NCBI GenBank assembly: GCA_903889905.1 | Contig: CAISZI010000010.1 | Location: 1,464-65,463 of the forward strand | Length of the DNA: 64,000 nt | Direction of reading: 5' to 3' | DNA from: Candidatus Wirthbacteria bacterium | GTDB taxonomy: Bacteria > Patescibacteriota > CG2-30-54-11 | Shown here: in pieces, positions 26,287 to 35,812 of the stretch | Position numbering within the stretch: position 1 is the first letter of the stretch | How the letters are laid out: each line of letters begins with the position of its first letter | Notes under the pieces: model-generated | Database searches by the model: none | Seen by the model: the letters and a program-made list of their open reading frames with translations, nothing else | Told to the model about the DNA's origin: nothing | Program-made: the position numbers and the translations under genes

Positions 26287-27498
26287 TTACTGTGCCGTGA
26301 TCTTATGCGCATCGGCTAATTGATGCTGCGCTTGCGCGGCGATGATGGAGAGTTCTCCTGCCAGCACGGCGGCGGCGATGATTTCGGCGAGTTTGCGGGA
26401 GTTGGAGCCAGACGGGTTGCCACTGCCGGCACATCCCAGCATTTGCAAGGCTTCCTGCTGCGTTCCTAGCCGGGTGCCGCCACCTATGGTGGCGACATTC
26501 AGACTGGGGATGGTGACGGAGGCGTGCAGCGAGCCGTCGTCGTTTGCTTCCATTAGGGCAAAACCTTGGGAGGCGTCGACGACATGGGCGGGATCCTGGC
26601 CGGTGGCGATAAAGGCGGCGGCAACGGTGTTGGCAAAATGGGCGTTAAAACCGGTGCTTCCGGCATACGCAGAACCCACCAGATTTTTGCGGTAGGCGAT
26701 TTCGGCCATGCCGGCGGCGGTGGATTTGAGCACTTTGGTGATGATTTCTTTGGGAATTGTGCATTCGACATGGACGGTTTTGCCACGGCCCTGGGTGAGG
26801 TTGAGGGCGGCCGGTTTTTTGTCGGTACACATGTTGCTGGAGACGGACAGGAATTCGACTGCGGGAAGGGCGGCTGCAATCGTTTTGCCAATCTTGTCAC
26901 TGGCGCGGGTGACCATATTCATACCCATGGCGTCCCCGGTGCTGAAGGCAAAGCGCAGGAATACGTTGCGGCCGGCAATCCAGGGTTCAAAGGAAAGCAG
27001 GTCGGAATGACTGCTCACTTCGTGGGTAAGGGTTTTGAGCTGGTCAAAATGGTCTTTGACCCACTGCAGCAGTTCCTTGGCCACCTCGAGCGAGGGAACT
27101 TTGAACAAAGGCGCGCGTGTCATGGCGTCTTTCTGGATCCAGACCGAGGCGCCACCACTTAAGGTAATCGTTTTGCAACCGCGGGAGATGCTGGCGATCA
27201 GCGATTTCTCGGTGGTCGCGAGCGGCACATAGAATTGGCCCTTGGCGTGGTCACCGTTTACTTGGAGAGGTTCGGTCACGCCCAAGGGGAGCTGGGTGGC
27301 ACCAATAATATTTTCGGCATTGTATTTGACGGCAGTTGCGGCATCAAATGAAAATTGAGCCGTGTGTTTAAAATCCGCCTTGGTGGCGGCGGTGAGCAGG
27401 TCGCGGCGGGTTTGAAAAGCTTCAGGGATGGATGAGGCGTGTTTTTCTAGATCACGCACTTTGATTTGTCCAGCGCGTAATTGATCAAGCAATGCCAT
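26287..27498 (-). CDS. hmgA: HMG-CoA reductase, class I (NADPH, archaeal-like)
   Basis: ENIIGATQLPLG, PLATTE, TGDAMGMNM, NMCTDKK, GQDPAHVV, GGGT, LAGELS, C-terminal His. Confidence 0.93.
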   Translation of the reverse strand: MALLDQLRAGQIKVRDLEKHASSIPEAFQTRRDLLTAATKADFKHTAQFSFDAATAVKYNAENIIGATQLPLGVTEPLQVNGDHAKGQFYVPLATTEKSLIASISRGCKTITLSGGASVWIQKDAMTRAPLFKVPSLEVAKELLQWVKDHFDQLKTLTHEVSSHSDLLSFEPWIAGRNVFLRFAFSTGDAMGMNMVTRASDKIGKTIAAALPAVEFLSVSSNMCTDKKPAALNLTQGRGKTVHVECTIPKEIITKVLKSTAAGMAEIAYRKNLVGSAYAGSTGFNAHFANTVAAAFIATGQDPAHVVDASQGFALMEANDDGSLHASVTIPSLNVATIGGGTRLGTQQEALQMLGCAGSGNPSGSNSRKLAEIIAAAVLAGELSIIAAQAQHQLADAHKITAQ

Positions 27499-27641
27499 AA
27501 AAAAGCGGCCGGTTTAAGAAAAAACTGTGTAAGATTAGCCAAGATAGGGTACCAAAGGGCTGTTGATTTGGCAACTTGGGGGGCAGTTTTTGGCAATAGG
27601 GGAAAGGTGTCGTTTTTCGTTGAAAGAGGAGAGAGTAAAGC

Positions 27642-28445
27642 TTAATGATGACGGATGGAGGTGCCGATAAAAGCATTGCCCAAAAGTGCGTTTTTTAAAT
27701 TGCCCGGGATTGTGCCGTCAATAATGGCGACTTCGATGCCGTTGCTGGCCATTTGCAGGCTCATGCCGACTTTGTGCAGAATACCACCAGTCACGTCGGG
27801 GACGCCGTTTGGGACCAGGGCGGATTGGATGGAAGCGACAGTCTGGGGAGTGATGAGAGGAATGGTTTGGCCGCTCCCATCATAGACGCCGGCAGTGCTG
27901 CCGACCTGGATGATTTTGAGTTCGGGAAAGCCGTTGGCCAAAAAAGTCGGGATCAGGTTGTCGAGTGAGGTTTCACCGGAAAAAATGCAGCAACCGAGGG
28001 TTTTGTCCAGGATGACGTCGCCAAAGATGACCGGGATGATGTTGTGTTTAAGCGCTTCCAGGATGGGTGCGGCAAACTGGGAGTGCAGTTGTTTGTTGTT
28101 GGCAAAAGTGTAAGACGAAGGCATGAAGCTCATGACATTGAGGCCGCAGTCGAGCAGGGTGCGGTTCACGATGCGGTTGAGGGTAATCGCGTCCTGCTGC
28201 ACCAGACAAAGGCCGCGGATGCTGTCATGGTCTCTTAGGCCGTTTGCGGTGCCGTATCGGGAAGCTGAGGTATGGGCAAAAGAACCGGCGCCGTGGGTAA
28301 TGACGATGCGCGGGTCATCAACCTGGGCCTGTTTGATCTCCTGGCCAAGTCGACAAATATTGTCCTCACGCGCCGTGTAAGGTGTGTTTTTGTCCGTGAT
28401 GATACTGCCGCCGAGTTTGATCAGGGTAAGTGTTGCCATGGGCAT
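27642..28445 (-). CDS. Isopentenyl phosphate kinase
   Basis: IKLGGSIITDK, THGAGSFAH, PVIFGDV, SGE, DVTGGI..KV; mevalonate context. Confidence 0.88.
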   Translation of the reverse strand: MPMATLTLIKLGGSIITDKNTPYTAREDNICRLGQEIKQAQVDDPRIVITHGAGSFAHTSASRYGTANGLRDHDSIRGLCLVQQDAITLNRIVNRTLLDCGLNVMSFMPSSYTFANNKQLHSQFAAPILEALKHNIIPVIFGDVILDKTLGCCIFSGETSLDNLIPTFLANGFPELKIIQVGSTAGVYDGSGQTIPLITPQTVASIQSALVPNGVPDVTGGILHKVGMSLQMASNGIEVAIIDGTIPGNLKNALLGNAFIGTSIRHH

Positions 28446-28520
28446 CTGGTGCTAAAGAATTATACTGTTCAGACTGTAGCGCGATTTGGGCGTTCGGGGA
28501 AGGGGGAGATAGGCGTTTTG

Positions 28521-31500
28521 CTAGTCTTCATTTCCATGTTTTCTTTTATTTTGAGGAGTGGAGGGCTGTTCTGTCATTGCCGATGTCTTTGTGTCGATAT
28601 AATCCGAAGCAGTGTCGTTTAAACCATAAGAGTATCGTCCAGCAACATAAGCGGCAGCCTGTGCCCGCGTTCTGCGGTGTTTTCCTGTCTGTTTTTTTGC
28701 ATCGGCTTGTAATTCGTCAACGATTCCGGCTAAGGCTTCCAGTTTTGCGGCAAAGGTGGCGTCGGCAGCTATGTCGGTCTCGCTTTCCAGGGCATCGATC
28801 AGGCAAATGCTGGAGGGATCCTCGGAAAGTAGTTGTGTGACGGTCGATTTACGGAGAACACTGCGAAGGAGATTTGAAAGGGTTTTCTGTCCAATTTGAG
28901 TGGAGATCTCGGCCAAGGAAAAATTAAGAGGATGTCGGTCCAGAAATTGTTCAGCGCTGAATTTGTTCGGTGCGACGGCTTGGGTTAAGGTTGTTTGCAG
29001 GAGCTCCAGGAGTGTTTCAAAATCCGTATCGGCTGCGGCTTGGCGTTGTTCCGGAGTGAGCAGGGTGAGTCCTTGTAGCCAGTTTTGATAGACCAAGCTA
29101 GCTTGCGTTTGATCAAGATGCGGTTGGGTTTGTTGCCAGCGCCGGAAATCGATATCAAGCCGGGAATGCAGTTGAGTGGCTAGACGGAAGATGTCTGGTG
29201 TCAATGCCGGCGGCTCGAAGTTGTCAAAAGCATGTGCCTGACGCGGAAGCGGCAAACTGTCGAGGATGACTTGCATCGGCTGATAGGTTTGCACCATGGT
29301 TTCCCGGAGGCTGGCTAATCCGTTTTCCCGGGCAGTATAGGCGGTCAAGGGATAGATGGGAAGATCGGGCACAGGGGGATCGGCAGGCATGGATACCGAC
29401 GGTAGTGAGACGACTTGTTGTTCGTTTAAATCCAACAACTTTCGCAAAAGTGCGTCGGCCTGCGCGGCCAATGGCCGAATTCGTGTGAGTTTTTCGGCGT
29501 GACTGACCCAACGATCTGTCAGCTTGGATTCGCATGCCTGCAAGAGGCTGGTCAACTTGTCTGAGGCGGGGGAAGACGCCAGCAGTGTGACCAGGTTGCG
29601 CAGCTCGTCGGTTGAGACAGTGGGAAAGAGGGGGGCAAAAACAGCCAGTATTTGTGGTTCAAGTGTTTCGGGAATGGCGGCCACGGGGCGATCGGAGGGT
29701 GTTTCACGACGGGAAAGAGGAGCGCAAAGTGTTTCTATTCGGGTCAGCGTATGCCGCAGACGTTTCTGTTCCTGTTCAAGGACTTTAGCTGCCAGTGCCT
29801 GGTTTTCAGTGGGCAGAGGATAAGGTTGTTGCTCCTGGAGCAGGGCGCGTGCTTTGAGGGCGGAACTGTTTGCGTCGGACGGCTCGGTGACGAGAGCTAC
29901 TCCTGGAGGCAGGCGCCCCTGGTGCCGATCCTGGTTAATTGCCTGGAACAAGGGGACCGCTGCGTCCTGTTGGCCGAGCAGCATGCCATCAATGATAACT
30001 TTGGCAAAGTGCTCGGGGATGGCGGTGGAGAGGTCACGGTTTTCCCATTCGAGCACCAGCAGGGTGATGGCATGACGATAGGCGCGTTCAGCCAGTTGCT
30101 GGCGTTTTTGGTCACGGTTATGCTGTTCCTCTGCAGTGGCTTCTGCCGGTAGTTGCGGTAGACAGGTATCCGCCTCGTGCCAGAATGCCGCGTAGCTCCA
30201 GAAATCAGCGGGCAGCGTCATCTGGTGCATGATGGGGACGCCGTTGATAGACATGGTTTTGTCAAAAAGTTGCTTTTCGGCTTCGTCCCGCAATGACAAA
30301 TAAGGGAGTGGCGGAGAATCCTCTTTGTCCTGCAGTTGACTGATGTATTGCTCACGGATAGAAAAAACATGGGCAATCAAGCCGCTTCGTTTCTCGGGAT
30401 CCGCGATGATCGAAGATGGATCAACGGAGATGCGTTCATTTTCCTCGAGTATTTTGCAGTAAATGCGGATGAAAGTATTGACATCGTCATCGGTGAAGGT
30501 GCTGCCCACGGCTACCGTTTTTTGACGCAGCGCGATCACGTCCGGCCTTTTGCCCAGGGTTTCGGCTAGCAAATTGTCTAGAATGCGGGGGGAAATACAG
30601 ACCAATGTCACTTTGTAAAACAGCGCTTCCATTTTGACCGCCTGGGACAGATCCTGTTCCAGTGAGTGTGTGGTGGATGGGCCAAATTCAATCGGGGAGA
30701 GCGCATAGGGAGTCTCAGCGGTGATTTGAGCCAGGCCATAATGCTGAAGTAGGTTGCGCATGGTACTAATAAATTCTGAGCCCGCGGCATGCTGGAATTT
30801 GTTGAGCAAAAACACCTCCAGCTGGGAGGCCGTATTTTCATTCCGGTTAGCTGAAAGCGGCGTGATACCGGAACCCTGCTGTTTTAACCAGTTGGTGATC
30901 AGCTGTTCCAGGTAAAAAAAAGAGGAAAACTTTTTACCAGTTTGGATGCGGCTATTGTCCACACGATTGCGGTAAGTGTTTGTGTCGGGATAACCGGGAT
31001 TGTAAAGCGACGTAAAGACCGAGTCGCTGGACATGCAGGTTAGCGTTAGTTGGGTGGCCATGCGATCGGCAGCGCTGAGCTCAGGCCGCGGATCGTGATA
31101 AGCGTGTACTGCCTCAGGATAGAGCACGGGAGGAAACGCTGTCTCTGGCATGACACAGTTGGTTTCGACCAGGTCGTATACGATACGGGCGAGGCGTTGT
31201 TTGTCCTTTGCTGGCCAATCGTCAAAACGCGTCAGATGCCAGTAAAGGCCATTCACCAGCAAGGCAGGATTGCGGACCGGTTCACTGACTTCGTGACGAT
31301 AGTGGATCTGTTCTTCTTCAGATAGTAAATGCTGGCAGATCTGATTGATCAATTCCGCTTGGTCGAGTGCGTTGAGATCAATCTCGGGCCAGAATTCCCG
31401 AGCTACGGTGAGATACAACTGTAACAGTGAATCTGTTAGTTCCGCACTGGGAACCCCGGCTTCTCTTTTGGTCAAAGAAAAAGCGCCGCGGATAAAACTG

Positions 31501-32507
31501 TAGGTCAGGTATTCATTTTGATGTTGTAAAAATTGTACACCACAGAGGGCAACCGAGGCATGATGGAGCGCGCCCATATCGCGATGAGCCGGTCCATTTT
31601 TCATGCTCTCAGCAAAGGTTGACACGAGTGTCATCAGGGCGTCGGCATATCTACCCAAGGGGTAAGCATGGGCGAGGAAATGATTATTTTTGTCGCAGGC
31701 TGTGGCAAGTAATATTGTTTCTGCTTCCAATCCGGGCACCACTAACTCTCCGCTTTTCATCAGGGCAATGTCATCGATTCCCGCCAGGTCACTTTGGGCT
31801 TCCAGGGGCAAAGTGGTGGGAATGTCAGCCGGAAAGAGATGGTTTTGGGCCAGGAAGTCAGGTTTGCGGAGGGCGCGCAAAAATTTACTTAGCAGGTTGG
31901 CATAGCGGGTGGGATTGTCGGCGTCTTTGAGGATATCGTTCAGTGTGTCTGCGAGCGAAGAATTCGGATCTGTCGATAGCTGAATTTTTTGTAAATAGTC
32001 AATCAATTGTCTTAGGCGTGGGTCGGATTCTGTAACTGCAGCCTTAACCTCCGGCAGCGGCACGTCTTTGTTTCTGTACTTTGTGGCAAGTGCTGATCGC
32101 AATTGCTGATGAAAGTGGTGCTCCAAATAAGGCAGAAAAGAGGGCAGTAGTTTACGGATAAGGATCGTGTTTTGTTTTGTGGTCAGGGCTTCCAGCAGCG
32201 TGTCCAGGGTGGAGAGGTTGGGCTGTTCTTCCTGGAGAGAATGCCGGGCAAGTACAAAACCATGGGCTTGTAACCGGAGCGGTTCGTATTCAGCCGCGCT
32301 GCTTCGGATGACCCGATTAGGATCGAGTAAAGCTTGGCGCAGCTCCGTCAGAGCTTCAATCATCTGACTTTGTTCCCGTTCCAGCGTCGCTTCAGCGTCG
32401 GGTGGTTCCAGCAGGTCAAGCAGTTCCAGGCTTTGCAGCACATCTGCTAGTGGATTTTCGTGTTGGTTGAGTTGGTCCAGCGAAGGATGGCGAGGTTGTT
32501 TGGGCAT
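28521..32507 (-). CDS. Large hypothetical helical protein (1328 aa)
   Basis: Long uninterrupted ORF, Leu/Gln/Ala-rich, with its own extended -10; no motif recognised. Confidence 0.8.
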   Translation of the reverse strand: MPKQPRHPSLDQLNQHENPLADVLQSLELLDLLEPPDAEATLEREQSQMIEALTELRQALLDPNRVIRSSAAEYEPLRLQAHGFVLARHSLQEEQPNLSTLDTLLEALTTKQNTILIRKLLPSFLPYLEHHFHQQLRSALATKYRNKDVPLPEVKAAVTESDPRLRQLIDYLQKIQLSTDPNSSLADTLNDILKDADNPTRYANLLSKFLRALRKPDFLAQNHLFPADIPTTLPLEAQSDLAGIDDIALMKSGELVVPGLEAETILLATACDKNNHFLAHAYPLGRYADALMTLVSTFAESMKNGPAHRDMGALHHASVALCGVQFLQHQNEYLTYSFIRGAFSLTKREAGVPSAELTDSLLQLYLTVAREFWPEIDLNALDQAELINQICQHLLSEEEQIHYRHEVSEPVRNPALLVNGLYWHLTRFDDWPAKDKQRLARIVYDLVETNCVMPETAFPPVLYPEAVHAYHDPRPELSAADRMATQLTLTCMSSDSVFTSLYNPGYPDTNTYRNRVDNSRIQTGKKFSSFFYLEQLITNWLKQQGSGITPLSANRNENTASQLEVFLLNKFQHAAGSEFISTMRNLLQHYGLAQITAETPYALSPIEFGPSTTHSLEQDLSQAVKMEALFYKVTLVCISPRILDNLLAETLGKRPDVIALRQKTVAVGSTFTDDDVNTFIRIYCKILEENERISVDPSSIIADPEKRSGLIAHVFSIREQYISQLQDKEDSPPLPYLSLRDEAEKQLFDKTMSINGVPIMHQMTLPADFWSYAAFWHEADTCLPQLPAEATAEEQHNRDQKRQQLAERAYRHAITLLVLEWENRDLSTAIPEHFAKVIIDGMLLGQQDAAVPLFQAINQDRHQGRLPPGVALVTEPSDANSSALKARALLQEQQPYPLPTENQALAAKVLEQEQKRLRHTLTRIETLCAPLSRRETPSDRPVAAIPETLEPQILAVFAPLFPTVSTDELRNLVTLLASSPASDKLTSLLQACESKLTDRWVSHAEKLTRIRPLAAQADALLRKLLDLNEQQVVSLPSVSMPADPPVPDLPIYPLTAYTARENGLASLRETMVQTYQPMQVILDSLPLPRQAHAFDNFEPPALTPDIFRLATQLHSRLDIDFRRWQQTQPHLDQTQASLVYQNWLQGLTLLTPEQRQAAADTDFETLLELLQTTLTQAVAPNKFSAEQFLDRHPLNFSLAEISTQIGQKTLSNLLRSVLRKSTVTQLLSEDPSSICLIDALESETDIAADATFAAKLEALAGIVDELQADAKKQTGKHRRTRAQAAAYVAGRYSYGLNDTASDYIDTKTSAMTEQPSTPQNKRKHGNED

Positions 32508-32536
32508 ATTGCAGTTTAATAAAATGAATGGGTTTA

Positions 32537-32545
32537 ATTATAGCA
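32537..32545 (-). promoter_or_regulatory. Extended -10 promoter TGCTATAAT
   Basis: Exact match about 30 bp upstream of ATG 32507. Confidence 0.6.
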
Positions 32546-32602
32546 CAACAAAAAAGATCTCTGGCAGGCAGAGAGCTGGGTGGAGCGATTAGCTAAGCAA
32601 GA

Positions 32603-33622
32603 TTAAAACAAATGCTGGTCCGAGCCCTGTACACCCGGCCCCGGGTGGTTCTGGATGGTGAAGCGAACAAACGGATTGGCCTTGAGTCTTTTTTCGACTT
32701 CGGCAGCATCCTTGGCTTCGCTTACGCAGTGCACATTGGCGCCGGCATCCAGAGAAAAATACACTTGCAAACCATCCTTTTGCCGCCAGCGCATGACATC
32801 TTTGATCACGGCAATCGAACCCGGCGCCCAGTAAAAAAGCGGTGGCACCGACGTCATCATCACGGTATGCATGGAAGTGGATTCGCGTTCGATCAGCAGC
32901 CCCAGTGTTTTGATGTCGCGGGAGAGAATGGCGGCGCGTACGGTCTTGATGCGGGGCTGCATTTCCTTGAGCCGAGTTTCGAAATAAGGGCTGGTGTCGG
33001 CAAGCAGATGTCCGGCCGAAGAGGAGGCGAGTTTTGTGCCAGAGTCGACGACGGCGACGGTATCAACCAGATCCCAATGGTGTTCATCGGCAATTTGTGT
33101 GGCGATGGAAGAGTTGTGGTCATGGCCCGCAATTTGTTCGACAAAGCCGCCCAAAACCGAGCGCACGCCCGAAACCGATCCGGCCAGTCGCGTCAGGCGT
33201 GAGAGTTCGGTTTTGTCTGTCCAAATGGTGTCAAGAGCATAAGCTTTGACCAGGGCGGCGGTAAGCGCGGCAGAACCCGAAGCCGAAGACGCGATGCCGG
33301 CATCGGCCGGGAAATTGTTGACGGTGCGGAAATGGATTTTGTCCTTGGAGTTGGCCAGCATGCGGATGCGGTTGACCTGGTCGAGGATATTTTTGCCTTT
33401 GATCGTGGTGGTGTCGAGCTTGGCGAATGCTTCCTGGCCCCAGAATTTGATCTCGATCACGTCTTCGGCAAAGGTCGGGGACGCTTCAATCGTGGTCGTA
33501 GTCTGGCATTCATCCAGACACATGGAAATGCTGTTGTTGCGCGGGATGAACTGGGCGTGGTCGGCTTGGCCCCAGTATTTGATAAAGGCAAGGTTGGCGG
33601 AAGCGGTGACGGTGGCTTTCAT
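32603..33622 (-). CDS. mvaD: (Di)phosphomevalonate decarboxylase
   Basis: ANLAFIKYWG, NNSIS, NNFPADAGIASSASG, SLDAGANVH. Start placed at ATG 33622. Confidence 0.9.
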   Translation of the reverse strand: MKATVTASANLAFIKYWGQADHAQFIPRNNSISMCLDECQTTTTIEASPTFAEDVIEIKFWGQEAFAKLDTTTIKGKNILDQVNRIRMLANSKDKIHFRTVNNFPADAGIASSASGSAALTAALVKAYALDTIWTDKTELSRLTRLAGSVSGVRSVLGGFVEQIAGHDHNSSIATQIADEHHWDLVDTVAVVDSGTKLASSSAGHLLADTSPYFETRLKEMQPRIKTVRAAILSRDIKTLGLLIERESTSMHTVMMTSVPPLFYWAPGSIAVIKDVMRWRQKDGLQVYFSLDAGANVHCVSEAKDAAEVEKRLKANPFVRFTIQNHPGPGVQGSDQHLF

Positions 33623-33678
33623 GGGAGGCCTCTTAGTTGAAACCAAACACGGTTAAGTTAATAAAACAACAGAGTGTT

Positions 33679-34809
33679 TTAATACCAGATCGAAGCGCCT
33701 TTACTGGAGATGAACACATCCAGCGGGTAGAGTCCGGCTTCTTCCCATTCCCATTCGATGTCTTCTTTGACAAAGGGGTCAAAACAAATGGCAATGCCAC
33801 AATTGAGTTTGGTACCGCCAGCGATTTTGGCGGCGCCATTGTGTTTGCGGGCAATATCGGTGAGCGCTTTCACTTTGGGGATGTCAATGGCAAAGCCCGC
33901 GAGTTCCGCCAATTTTGTCAAAGCAATCTGGTTGGCTTCAACGAGTTGTAGCATGTAGGTCTGATGTTCTTCGAGCAGAGCTTGCTGGATTTTTTCTGTG
34001 GTGGCAAAAATCATCGCGCTGAGTTGGGCATAAATGTCTGGCTGCGCGGTTTTGAAGGCCGCAATTTTGGCCTGCGCATCAACCGTCTGTAGCTCGTTCC
34101 CAAACCAGGCGGCGGTAATCTGAAACGTGGAGGGGAATTTGATCTTTTCGATTTTAAGCAGCGGCCAGGTTTCGGCCAGAATTGTTTTGAGGGGAGAATG
34201 TGCTTCGATTTTGGCTTTGAGCCAGGCGCGGTCAAAGGGAGTGTAACGAAGGAGGCCACCAAAGGTGCTGGCTGCGGTTTCGTAACCCGTGATGGTGTGA
34301 TTGGTGTACATGGCGTATGTGAGGGTAGCCAGTTTAAAAATGGTGTCGAGCGTTTTGTCGTCCGCGAGGTCATAGCCAGAAAATTTCAAAAACGCTGCCA
34401 TGATGGAAACGATCACCGCGGCGGGTGTCTCGTGGCCGATCTTGCCAATGGCGCCATCGGTCAGGGTGAGGGTGTGTTCGATGGTGTCCGTGAGCATGCT
34501 GAAATTCGGTGCAGGTTTGCTGTCTTCGGCCAGGAACTGCAGTGCGGTTTCCACCGCCAGTTTGACCACAGCGCCATCCCGGGTTCGTTCCTCAGGCAAA
34601 TCCAGCCAGTTGAAATGACCGTCTTTGTATTCCGCATGGATGTTGTTCAGTTTGAGGTCGGGCATATTGATGACAATGGCATCCGTGGCCTCAAATTCGC
34701 AGTAGGTGTAGCGATCAAAGCCAGCGACCAGCATGGAACGATCCGGATCAAGTAATGTCCACTCACCCGAAATGACCAAAGGACCAGGAACCTGGATGGT
34801 TAGTTTCAT
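33679..34809 (-). CDS. Phosphomevalonate kinase-like GHMP protein with degenerate catalytic motifs
   Basis: PMK layout (VPG.L.ISGE..LL, AASTFGG..Y, AK..G....CGIA) lying between mvk and mvaD. Confidence 0.75.
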   Translation of the reverse strand: MKLTIQVPGPLVISGEWTLLDPDRSMLVAGFDRYTYCEFEATDAIVINMPDLKLNNIHAEYKDGHFNWLDLPEERTRDGAVVKLAVETALQFLAEDSKPAPNFSMLTDTIEHTLTLTDGAIGKIGHETPAAVIVSIMAAFLKFSGYDLADDKTLDTIFKLATLTYAMYTNHTITGYETAASTFGGLLRYTPFDRAWLKAKIEAHSPLKTILAETWPLLKIEKIKFPSTFQITAAWFGNELQTVDAQAKIAAFKTAQPDIYAQLSAMIFATTEKIQQALLEEHQTYMLQLVEANQIALTKLAELAGFAIDIPKVKALTDIARKHNGAAKIAGGTKLNCGIAICFDPFVKEDIEWEWEEAGLYPLDVFISSKGASIWY

Positions 34810-34845
34810 AAGAAAATTTCAATTTTGATAATGAAGTCAGTCTAA

Positions 34846-35772
34846 TTATACCGCGTCGGGTGCCGAAGACGAAAGAGTGACGGGAATGATTTCCAGCGCA
34901 TGCTCAGTAAGTGACTGCGTCAGCCCGTTTTGGGAGATGACGTCATGGCAGAGGATGATGATCGAGCCACCACCCCCACCGCCCGTCAGTTTGGCTCCGA
35001 GGGCGCCAGATTGGAGGGCTGCCGTTTGCAGATTATCCAGGGCGGAGGTGGAAACGTTTAGTGCTTGCAGCAATTGGTGGTTAGCATTCATGCTTTTGCC
35101 AAGCGCGGTCAGGTCACCGGATTGGAGTTGGGCAAAGGCATTGTTGACCACGCCCAGATATTGTTGCTTCAAATTGGTAAAAGTGACCGCTTGGGTTTGG
35201 CTGAAAGCTTTGACTTGGGCCACCATGCGGGAGGTCTGGGCGGGAGTATGGCTGCGGGCGATCAACAAGTGAAGTGCCTTGGGCAGGGCAACGGGTGCAT
35301 GCTGTAAAGTTCCACTTTGGTCAAACGAAATGCCCAGTACGCCACCATAGGTGGCCGCCGTGGTGTCGATGCCCGACGAATGTCCATGCAGCACATCTTC
35401 GGCACGGGTGGCAATGGACACAAGTTGTTGGTTGTCGAGGGTAAGTTGAAAATGTTGTGTCAGCGCCCGGGTCAAGGCGACACAAAATGCGGCACCGGAA
35501 CCGAGATTTGCTTTGGGGGGAATATTGGAAGTAACGATTATTTTGAGCGCTGCGCCGGCATGGTCCATTTTTTTCAGAATAAAGTCGACGATGGCGAGGT
35601 TGTTTTGCCGTTCCTGCGCCGAACCGGTGTTATTGGATTGGAGGACAATGCCATCGGTGCCAGGAGCAACCGTCACGTGCAGTGTGCGGTCGAGCGCGCC
35701 GACAATGGCGTCAGCGTGGTAGACGACAAAATGTTCACCAAAGAGGATGATTTTGCCAAAAGCAGAAGACAT
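34846..35772 (-). CDS. mvk: Mevalonate kinase
   Basis: FGKIILFGEHFVVY, IPPKANLGSGAA, HGHSSGID, GAKLTGGGGGG. Confidence 0.9.
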   Translation of the reverse strand: MSSAFGKIILFGEHFVVYHADAIVGALDRTLHVTVAPGTDGIVLQSNNTGSAQERQNNLAIVDFILKKMDHAGAALKIIVTSNIPPKANLGSGAAFCVALTRALTQHFQLTLDNQQLVSIATRAEDVLHGHSSGIDTTAATYGGVLGISFDQSGTLQHAPVALPKALHLLIARSHTPAQTSRMVAQVKAFSQTQAVTFTNLKQQYLGVVNNAFAQLQSGDLTALGKSMNANHQLLQALNVSTSALDNLQTAALQSGALGAKLTGGGGGGSIIILCHDVISQNGLTQSLTEHALEIIPVTLSSSAPDAV

Positions 35773-35812
35773 GGCAAGGCTTTAGTAAATAGTTTTTGGG
35801 TAAGCTTGGAAG

